Below, in pieces: positions 9,301 through 18,200 of a stretch of 20,000 nt of DNA. The DNA is from an uncultured virus (IMG/VR IMGVR_UViG_3300044639_000880) (lineage: Duplodnaviria > Heunggongvirae > Uroviricota > Caudoviricetes). Within the stretch, counting starts at the first letter, position 1; each line of letters begins with the position of its first letter. Where the stretch lies: positions 52,824 through 72,823 of IMG/VR virus record IMGVR_UViG_3300044639_000880; one strand, given 5' to 3'. The position numbers and the translations under genes were made by a program. Under the pieces are notes generated by a model. It was not told the DNA's origin. It saw nothing but the letters and a program-made list of their open reading frames with translations, and did no database searches.

Positions 9301-12293
9301 ATACTTTTATAGAGCTTACTTCTAAAAAACGTAAGACTATAGAAGCTATGGAATATGATCAAGATAACTTCTTGACTTACCCTGAAGAGCTTAAGCAGAT
9401 ACTTACAGATGAATACAATGATCTTTCTGATGAAATAAAAGCTGCACAAAATCTAGAAGACTGGGCTACTGGCGATGCTAATATTGGTATAAGAAAATTA
9501 TTCTTTGAAGGCAGAGCTGCTGAAACACAAGGTATAGAAGAAAGATATAAGTCTATGACTATACCAGAACTTACAACAGCTTTAGAAGAACTTGCAGAAC
9601 AAGCAAAAACTGATCCTAAGTTAGATGCTAAAGTAACTGTTTTACAAGACTACATAGCCTACCGTGCAGTAGAAGCTGTTGATATGCCTGAGAAACAAAA
9701 GCAAGCATTGAGAAATATGAAAGCTCAAGCTGCTAATACTCAGAACAGAGATAAGGATAATGAAAAGTATATTCTTAATGGTAAAAAACTAGATACCAGG
9801 GTAACAACAGTAGTACAAGAAATACTTGCTAAAAAATATGGTCTTAGTCCTTTTAATTTTCCTAACACCGGTTATGGTAAAGAAATTCTTAAGGATCAGA
9901 AAGACATGCTTGAGCAACTTATTGAAGAGAAACAAGATAAAAATATCATAGTTAATATATGGGCTGACACTGTAAGTAATACAAGAGCTTATAAAGATAG
10001 ATGGGATGATAGTAAAACTGCTTTATTAAAAGAGACACTCAAAGAAAAGTTTACATATGAGGACTTTGAAAAAGCTGTATCTTCTTTAGCATATCAAGAA
10101 TCTAAAACTGGTGGAAACACTGTGGATGAGATAGCTAGAAACTTCTTAACAGGAACTCCTATATCTAAGCCAGGTAATATGACTCAAGAGGCTTTCAATA
10201 AGCTAAGAGGTATATTAAAAGATTTAATGAATACTATCAGAGAAAGAGGAGAAATCATCTTAGCTAAAGATCTTTTTCTTAAAGGTGAAGTTATCATTGA
10301 TGGTGTAAAACAAACTATTGGTGGTGAGATGGACATGCTAGTTATAGACAAAGATGGTAATCTTAAAATCTATGACTTTAAAACCGGTAGAAACTATAAG
10401 TGGGAGATGTATGGTACAGAAGCTGATGAAAAAGGCACTGATACTAAAGACCCAACCTTATACAAAAAAGGATATGGTTTACAGCTCTCTTTATATAAAA
10501 GACTTATAGAAGAACAAACTGGTCTAACAGTTGATTCTAATAAACTTACCATTGTACCTTTCATTATAAATGTGAGCAATAATGGTATGATCAATGACAT
10601 TGAGCTCAGCAATGAAGATAAGAATATTATACACGAGTATAATCCTGTAGTAGAGGAATACATACCCGTAACTAAAACTGCAGCATACAGTCCTCAACCT
10701 TTTGTTCAAGCTATAGAAGTACTTAGTGATAAGAGTAAAACAGATCCAGAATTTGAAACAATAGGTAAGTACAGCATATCAAAACCTAGTATTGATAAAG
10801 ATGGTAAAGAAATAGTAACTGTAGAAAGTACAACACGCCCAGGTAAGGGCATGACCTATATTGTAAACACAGATGAGAATGGTTCTGTAATATCTCTTAC
10901 TCCTAAGAACAATCCTAAGCAACATATAGTTAATGAAAAACTACTAGTAGCTGTTGAGATAAAAAGAAATAAGTATGAGTACAACTCACCTACAATAAAC
11001 AATATAGCAAAAGATGAAGAGAAATATAACAAAGTTAAAGAGCTTCTTCCTGCTGTAACCGTATTAGAAAATACTTTAAACCTTGGTCTTGATAACAGTA
11101 TAACAAGTGCTTTAAATAATCTATATGCTAACAAGCCTTTAGATAGAGCTTCTTTAATAGCTATACAACTTTGGGCAAATGGTGCTGCAAAAAGATTAGA
11201 TAGTTTTTTACAAAATGAGTATAAAGATAATGCTGAGTTTACAAAAGCTTGGGAAAACATGTATCTTATAAATGAACTTGTTGAAGAAAGACTAAACACT
11301 TTAGCAGAAGAAGAAGTAGAAGAAAAGCCAGTTATTGAAGAGCCTGCTGTAAAAAGACAACCTGGTAAATCAGTAGATCAGCTTTTAAGAGAAAGAGATA
11401 AAGAGCTAAAGTTTATACAAGAAAAGAGAAAAGAACTTGGTATTGAGTTTGATCCTTTGGATGATGTTCCTATGTCTGTTGTTATTACTATGGACAGGTT
11501 TGATAATAATCTTCCAATAGATCCTGTTGCTTTATCAGAAACATCTGACTGGTTATATAACAAGTATAAAGAGATTGATGATATGCTTTTAGATCCTAAA
11601 AGGATGTTAACTCAAGCTCAGATAAAACAATACAAAAAAGCTTTAGAAAAAGATATAACAGCATTAGAAAACTATAAACAAGAACAATATGGAGAAAAAA
11701 TCATTCAGAATGAGACTGCTAGAAGCACAAGTACCACAACAGGAGAAACAAGAGGAACAGTCTCAAGAGACAAAACAGTTGTTGAGAAAACTAGTTTTGA
11801 TGAGCCTATCAAAGGAAAAACTAAAAAGCATAGAGAAGCAAAAGTAAAAAAAGCTGTAGAAAAAGCTGCAAAAGAAAATGCTGTAGTTACAACAGAAACA
11901 GAAGAAGAGTTGTTTCCTAAAGTTTATACTGTTGAAACTATAAATGCTGAACTAAACTTACAAAGTTTACAAGAAGCTAAGGCTCAAAAACTTGAGGTAG
12001 AATACAAAGGAAACAGGTATAAAATTAAGAGAGTTGGAAAAAAATCAGTAACTTTATATGCTCCCAACAGAGATGATGTAAACATAAAAGAAGAAGACTT
12101 AGCTAAAGAACTAACAGTAGTTGAGCCGGGAGTAAAGAAAGCAACTGTAGAAGAAACTGAACAAGTAGTAAAGAATGAAGAACTGGTTAATACAACTGAA
12201 AGAGTTTTTGAAGAGATACCTACTGACAAGACTGCTATGGACAAAGCTGTAAACAAAAGAAAAGATGATTTTTTAAATAACCTTTGTATATAA
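6300..12293 (+). CDS. Giant virion-associated (ejection) protein with Gly-rich hydrophobic segments and a PD-(D/E)xK nuclease domain (1997 aa)
   Basis: Gly/Ala-rich hydrophobic stretches at ~6900-7035 and ~7895-7975, and an EGIQENIQE motif (~7746-7772). Nuclease motifs GEMDML...IYDFKTG (10323-10388) and YGLQLSLY (10473-10496). Directly upstream of the RNAP gene. Confidence 0.85.
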   Translation: MAEELSNQEQDAASSEEYKVSVKPPDYQALTENAKNIVADIKAGMNLPARPTAIDTYSNVAGNPITGSNPGSKKATSGLDYINALHSTVQAKAAESISPFAELRPYTYSGDMDASKFERYYATGDLYNKLGFSPYRDNESLYNNNMTFGDQFTRAAKQWDNLVGVGFMSGLRSWKTMFTDPLAPDIEGARDMERYTSIGSSSAGGLGGFFTNTFLNSAYTVGVGANLLAENLALMGVGTAVKGVTTALRAPAMLEKAMGAFKSADVVADFTKINPMDGVRALGETIPEARSFWNTIGKGAKKVGVGALDIINPLDNTIDALRAKDYATNYAKVAGTFGAFADDMLMMKAAVSEAKLEGGMSKINITKDLIEDYRQRNGRDPEGVDLTNIEKIADEKAHTVAFWNMPAIMTSNKLLYATMLAPLRKVMGKQVAGTVDDYILKDKTYSVLGEDFISRAGAAVKSLGKPNTYGKFGMNYLTANFAEGIQENIQEALSEGASQHALELFRDPIKANYEGYMPYFLKGIKSQFSAQGAETFAGGFLMGAFAQPIMAAPSIGISKIIEAATTDSVRAKELEEERAKHKAETAETLTEFYNNTLNYLAPDLPNAVRTGRLSDDMFSAARVGDKLGTISAQEAIKNHHIITAARTGKLDVMIDRAKDYKNLTKEEAVEAFGKYGVEAQDVDKAMAHIDGIVERAKEIKDDFEDVANRYPNPFNPSNFRIGSPEFIAAAVAKTSWDEAAHNLIFAKATFKSHSKRIADIANTFSKLSSALAKGDVNLLTSMLSSTTMTNEINMLRKEIATLDDSLPEQSKIKKQKLKHLEGIQAFYKAIENYQYAKTDAEKAMVEKRAKDAFAKHLKNIADKNDVPVFDEELDAAFSLIRDHMLLKDQQTGLVKNINVLMTPDSFFQFQKRLYSTYAEGVYNIPDTIGHNLDRHTFTKDLNDIINDIRGLGFNIPQDVIASYSDAYFAGEELLPLVFLLDSNGVKITSGPAFEKANGIWNTFIELTSKKRKTIEAMEYDQDNFLTYPEELKQILTDEYNDLSDEIKAAQNLEDWATGDANIGIRKLFFEGRAAETQGIEERYKSMTIPELTTALEELAEQAKTDPKLDAKVTVLQDYIAYRAVEAVDMPEKQKQALRNMKAQAANTQNRDKDNEKYILNGKKLDTRVTTVVQEILAKKYGLSPFNFPNTGYGKEILKDQKDMLEQLIEEKQDKNIIVNIWADTVSNTRAYKDRWDDSKTALLKETLKEKFTYEDFEKAVSSLAYQESKTGGNTVDEIARNFLTGTPISKPGNMTQEAFNKLRGILKDLMNTIRERGEIILAKDLFLKGEVIIDGVKQTIGGEMDMLVIDKDGNLKIYDFKTGRNYKWEMYGTEADEKGTDTKDPTLYKKGYGLQLSLYKRLIEEQTGLTVDSNKLTIVPFIINVSNNGMINDIELSNEDKNIIHEYNPVVEEYIPVTKTAAYSPQPFVQAIEVLSDKSKTDPEFETIGKYSISKPSIDKDGKEIVTVESTTRPGKGMTYIVNTDENGSVISLTPKNNPKQHIVNEKLLVAVEIKRNKYEYNSPTINNIAKDEEKYNKVKELLPAVTVLENTLNLGLDNSITSALNNLYANKPLDRASLIAIQLWANGAAKRLDSFLQNEYKDNAEFTKAWENMYLINELVEERLNTLAEEEVEEKPVIEEPAVKRQPGKSVDQLLRERDKELKFIQEKRKELGIEFDPLDDVPMSVVITMDRFDNNLPIDPVALSETSDWLYNKYKEIDDMLLDPKRMLTQAQIKQYKKALEKDITALENYKQEQYGEKIIQNETARSTSTTTGETRGTVSRDKTVVEKTSFDEPIKGKTKKHREAKVKKAVEKAAKENAVVTTETEEELFPKVYTVETINAELNLQSLQEAKAQKLEVEYKGNRYKIKRVGKKSVTLYAPNRDDVNIKEEDLAKELTVVEPGVKKATVEETEQVVKNEELVNTTERVFEEIPTDKTAMDKAVNKRKDDFLNNLCI
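9762..10600 (+). other. PD-(D/E)xK (RecB/Cas4-like) nuclease domain within the 1997-aa protein
   Basis: Ordered motifs Y-x-x-N-G...RVTT, GNTVDEIARNF, G-E-M-D1345, D1359-F-K1361-T-G and Q1395-L-S-L-Y1399 match motifs I-IV of RecB-family nucleases. Boundaries are approximate. Confidence 0.8.
11689..11847 (+). CDS. Candidate nested (overprinted) small ORF, 52 aa, in the +1 frame of the 1997-aa gene
   Basis: ATG 11689 to TAA 11847 gives MEKKSFRMRLLEAQVPQQEKQEEQSQETKQLLRKLVLMSLSKEKLKSIEKQK. The leader is A-rich (ctataaacaagaacaatATG), and the host frame turns Thr/Ser/Arg-rich over the same stretch. Confidence 0.35.
   Translation: MEKKSFRMRLLEAQVPQQEKQEEQSQETKQLLRKLVLMSLSKEKLKSIEKQK
11953..11969. 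promoter_or_regulatory. Perfect palindrome TAAACTT-aca-AAGTTTA; candidate operator about 330 bp upstream of the RNAP gene
   Basis: Perfect 7-bp arms with a 3-bp spacer, the same core as the intergenic palindromes at 3432 and 3462. Confidence 0.4.
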
Positions 12294-12297
12294 TAAG

Positions 12298-15200
12298 ATG
12301 GTTTGTGATTTAAGTAAAAATAACCTAAAAGAAAAACTAGAAAGTTATGTTAATGCTTTACTAGTAAAGAGCTACACTAATGACCCAACTTTTGATTACA
12401 AGAAAATAGTAGACACAATCTACAAAGATGTTCTTGGTAAAAGCAATGATGAGAATCTAGCTTTGGGTATGGCTTATCATGTACCACAGATGATATTTGA
12501 TCTTGTTACTGATAACAAAAAACAACTAGGTCTTAAAAATCTAATAACTAAAGGTTATGATGTTGGTGTTTTGAGTGCTGAAATAGATAAGTTAGCTACT
12601 TCTATAGATAAGCTAGGAGCTGTTGCAATACTTTTAGGTAAACCAATAAAGAGTTTAGATGAGATTGAAACATTTGTAGCTAACCAACCTACTGATCAAG
12701 CAACTATGCTATTATCTGTACCAGGTACAAGTCTTACTGTAGATACTCTTGTGTTAGCTTCTAATGCCGGATTCTTTGCTACATCACAAAGTGGAGCTGA
12801 GATAGATAAAAAAACAAACTTGCCTTTTGCATCTAAGTCTAATGAAGATGCTGCTTTCTACCAAGGAGTATTATCCGGTATAATGGCTGCTAAGAGACCT
12901 GATGATAATGACTTTAGTAAAGTTACTTTTGGTAATCATACAGGTTTTGCAGGAAGACTGATGTTTGAAAGAAGCATTCCTGGTAAGATCCGCCTAGATA
13001 GAGAAAGTCAGTTAGCTTATGAGATACTATCATTTGTACTTACTGATAGCAAGACAGGAGAAATATTATATTTTAAACCTGATAATACTATAGGTGATAT
13101 TGATAATGGTAGACCTATATACCTCTTGCTTAAAACAACAAACCCAAAAAATAAAGATTTTGAAAAGCACAAAGCTGCTATAAAAGCAAGTATGATGTCT
13201 ATGTTAGATAGAACTAACATGACAGCTGAGCAAATAGAAAATGCAAAAAAAGAAGCTGATAAAGTAATCAGTAACCAACTAGAACAAATAGAAGCAGCTA
13301 AAAGAAAAATAAGATTTGGTGAACCTGTTCCTGTAGATATAACAGGAGGCTTTAAAGGGGCAACCCAAAATGTAGATAACATTGTTGGAGAGGAAACTAG
13401 AAAAAAACTTACTTTTCCTTTATCTGAGTTTGATGTAAATGACAAAGCAAAACAGTCTATAGTATTTACTGTAGAAAATGTTAGTGGTCAACCAGAGAAT
13501 CTACCAGCTATACAGTTTCCTAATGTAGATAATCTTATTAGTTTAAAGAATCCAAATAAAATAGGAGAAAAAGCGGAAGATGCTGACATCTTAAATAACA
13601 TAGTAGATATACTTACACAAGATCTTAAGGTTGGTGATAAAGCTGTACCTGATATAGACAAGGTTGACAATGTTGGTCAATACATACAATTAAAAGCAAA
13701 AAACTATACAATAGGTACAACCCTTGTAAATGGTGACCAAAAGTTAGAAATTAACTTAGGTGGTAATGTTTTAGATCTGTCTGATAAAGAAGCAGCTAGA
13801 AGAGTATTAAAAGACTTCTTGGGTAAAAATGCTACTATACATTTTCACAAGAAGAGCTATGATAAAAATAGTTATACTGCTTTTAAACTAACACCAGACA
13901 ATGGTGCTTTTAATGTTAGTAAGTCTGATGAAGATTATTACAAGTTTATAAGTCCTAGGTTGTATCCTAGACTTGTCCGTGATGAAAGAACCAAACTACC
14001 TATGGTACTTAATGGTTACTTTAGATTTCAGCCTGTAGTTACAGCAAAAGAAGTTGCTGACAAAGTAGAAGAAGTTACAAAAGAAGTTGTAAAAGAAGAA
14101 GTACCTGTAACTAAAAAACAAGCAGAGGAAGACTATGATGAGTTACTACGTTCTAGATTACTAGATAGCATAGTTACTCCTGAAGAAGATGCTGAAGCAA
14201 AAGCTTGGTGGGAAGAATCAGCTTTGTCTAAAGCTACTTATAAAGATGAGAATGGTGTTGTAAAACCTCTTTTTACTCTAAACCCATTAAGAAATGCTGT
14301 AAACTCTGAAGCATGGGCTAGCTTCCGTGACTCTGTGATTACTTTATATGAGGGTGCAAATTACTCTCATGTGTATCATGAGGCTTGGCATGCTTTTAGC
14401 CAGACTTATCTTACTTATAGTGAGAGAACTAAGTTCTATAAAGCAGTATCTAAACTTCCAGGATCTTTTAAAGTAGCTAAAGCAACTGGTCAAGGTAATA
14501 TTGAACTTGTTGATGTTGAGTTTAGTAAAGCTGAAAGAAAAGAGTTAGAAGAGTTTATAGCTGAAGAGTTTAGAACATATGCTTTGAACAAAGGCAAGTT
14601 TAAAACTGAGAATGAAAAGACTAATATCTTTAAGTGGATATTTGACAGAATATGGAAAGCTTTAAAGGCTTTAGTTGGAGGTTCAACTGCTATAAACATT
14701 TACTCTAACCCTGGATCAGAAGGTGTATTAGGTGAGATCTTTAACACTTTGTATACAGCAAAGTCTCAAGAACAACTCCTTCCTTATGCATCTAATATTA
14801 AAAATGGTGAGTTTGGTTTATTAAACTCTGGTGTTGTTAATAAAGAACATCCTGAAGATGTGCTATCTTTATCTGAAAGCTTACTTGTAAGTAAAACTAT
14901 AGATGGTATTATATCTAAAGCAACTACTGAAAAAGTACAGTCTGGATCTCTCAGTGCTGCAAGCTTGATATTCAGAAGTCCAAAGGAACTAAAGAAAGTA
15001 TATGAAAAAGCTTTAACTGAACTTAGTGATAAGAGAGAAGAGTTTTTAAAGCAATTAAAAGCTTTACCTGCAGACAAAGTTGTAGAAAAAGCTGTACTTG
15101 ATAATAAAATATCTGTTCTTACCAGAGCAACAAAGCCTTACATGTATGGTAACATAACTCAGATTTTAGAAGGTACAAATGTTACAGATTCTATCATTGC

Positions 15201-18200
15201 TTTCCATAGACAGAACAGTGAGTTCAAAGACATGTTTGTTAAGTTTAAAATAAGCAAAGAAGAAGCTGTTGACTTAGATGAAGAACAACTTGAGAACAAC
15301 TTAATAGGTAGAAACTTTGATGCTGGAAATAGCAGCACTGAATCTGAGAAGTTAGCTAATGAGCTTACTGTTTATATAATTAAGAGTTTACTTAAACAAA
15401 ATAAAGATGGAAGCTATGTTCTTAATGAACTAGGTTTTCCTGAGCCTATAGAATTCAAACCTTTTTGGAGAGTTATGATGGACAAGTGTTCTGGTGAAAC
15501 CAGTATCATGGGTCTTTATAACAAAATAAAAACTGCAGGTAATACTGTATCTCCATTATTCAAACAGTTACTTGACAAGATCTTTAAGTTAAAAACAATA
15601 TTAGATACTGATAATAAAGAAATAACTTTATCAGAAGAACAAAGTATGGCTGCCTTCATAACAGAAGGTAGTGTTACAGGTGAGATGTGGATGAAACTTG
15701 TTCAGTCTTTTAACTTATTCAGAATAGACCTAGTTAATGTAAACATTACACAAACTGATGAAGGTATAGAAGTTAAGGTTGGTAAGTCAAGTGCTGAGTA
15801 TCAAAACATTATAAGAAACTGGCAATCTGCATACCAACAAAAAGAAGCTGATAGACATACTGCTAAGAACAAAGATAAAGTTAACTATATCAATACTAAG
15901 AATGTTGTAGAAGACTACATACAAAAGAAATATAATGATGCCGGTAAACTATTTGTAACGGTAGCTAAAGAAGACTATGTACCATTTCTTAATAGTATAG
16001 GTATTAATCTTTCTGATACAGAAGAGATTAGAGAGTTTCTTCAACCTAATGATGTTAGATATTTAGCTGAGACTATTGTAAAAATAGATGACTATATAAA
16101 TGATATAGAAAAGAACTATAAAGGTTTACAAAAAGAAGAGAAGCTAAAAGAAATCCAAAAGATACTTTCTGCTCCTATAGATCTTTTTAGAACAGGTAAA
16201 TCATTACCTAACAAAGAACCTATAACAAACAGTGGTGGAACAGTTAACAGTCTTGCTAATCTAGAAGCTAACTTCTCTGAAGAATATGCTAGTGGTATGA
16301 GACTTACACCAGATGGTGAAAAGAAATCTGTGTTTTCTTTAAACAGCACGGATACTCAAAAGGTTAGAGCATTACAAAATGCTAAACAAAAAGGTGATCT
16401 TTCTAGTGATCATCCTGAGTTTATGCATATGAACTACTTAAACCCAGCTAACAATCCTGAGGTTAATGGTTCTGTGTACATGAAGTCAATGTTTGATCCT
16501 TCTGGTAAAAGAATTAGTAATAATATCAACATCTTTGACTTATCTGGTTCACAGTTTAATGTTGATAGAAAAGATGAATCTTCTACTATAGGTATTACAT
16601 ACTCTAAGATGAATGCTACTGATAAGTTTATATCAGACTTTATCTCAACCTTAACTGCAGGATTTATGCAAGGTATTTTACCAGGTGATAAGAGTTCTTA
16701 CTATTCTTTAAAGATTGACAACATTACTACATACACTAATAAGAAAACAAACTACTTGTTTGTAGATACTTCTGCATTCTTAAAGAATAAAGATGGTGTA
16801 AATGTAGCTGGATATGATGGTATGGATAAAACCATAGAGATATTATATCCTAAGTTAGAAGGAGAGATCAGAAGGATAGCTATGATCAAAGCTGCTCCTG
16901 AGTACTATAAAAACATAAAAGGTTTTGAAAAAGGAGAAGAGTTTACAATCTTTTCTGAAATGCTAGACTCTAAAGACAATCTTAAAGAAAAGTTAGCATC
17001 TGCTGAGTTCTTTAAGAAGTTTGCTGAATCTAATATGAGTCTTATGGACTTTTTAAATATGTCAGATAATCTAGCTTTAAAAAAGAAGATAGATGCTAAC
17101 ATCAAAACATACTTTGAAAAGCTTGTAAAAGAGTACAACAAAAACTTGTTTGAAAAAACCTTTGGTAAAACAGCTGTCTTACCTAATTCTATAAACAAAA
17201 CATTAAGCACTATTATACTTAAAGAACTTACTGCTGATCAAATACAAGCATTAGGTGATAACTATAACTCTAATATAAAAGATGCAGCAATGATGTCTTA
17301 TATGGTAAATAACTTTTTACATAAGACAGAAACAACATTGCTTCTACAAGGAGACGGCTTTCAGTTTGATCATTCTAAAGATCAGGCACCTAAGCGTACT
17401 CCAGGATCACAATCTGGTGGTAGAGTATTTGCTGTAGATAAACTTACTCAGCATTGGGTAAACACTAAAGTAGGAAGACCTCTTGAGGAAAAACTACTTA
17501 AAGAAAATGCTATTAAAAAAGAAAATGGTAGCACTGAAGTAACAAAGTATAATGGTATATACAACACGGCTATAATAAAAGAGAGCCAAGTAGGTTCTGT
17601 GTACTTTGAAATGTATAGAGATCTTTTCAAGAAGATGTTTAAAGAAAAAGGTCTTGAAGGTGATGCATTAAATATAGCTCTGTATGGACAAGACACGGAT
17701 GGTAAAATAGGAACAGGAGCTAGAAAAGCAGATGGTACTTATGATACTTATGGCGGCAAGATGAATCCATATGCTAAGATTAAGGATGGTGATGGACAAG
17801 GTTGGATAACATTTGACTCTTACAGAATACTTAAAAGAGTAGAAGGTCAATGGAGTAATGCACAAGAAGATGCATACATGAAAATTGTAAGAGGTCAGGT
17901 TTTAGGAGCTGATGAATTATCAGATCTATTCCCTGTATACAAGCTTCAGTATAATGGTAATTTAGCTACTGAAACTGGTAGATATCCGGTACAAGCTTTC
18001 CACAAGTTCTCTTTGTTTCCGCTTATTCCAACTGTTATAAAAAACTACCCTGCAGAACAAATGCATCTAGCAATGATGCAACAAAATATTGACTATGCAT
18101 TATTTGAGTCAGGTTCTAAGAGATCTCATATAAAACCTAGTGCTGATGTTAGTGGAGATGTGATATACAACAATGGTGATACAAGTGATATCCTACCAAA

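Noticed and set aside
10323..10496. Cas4 / CRISPR association of the nuclease
   Set aside because: There are no Fe-S cluster cysteines, the domain is embedded in a giant protein, and no repeat-spacer array is visible in the window.
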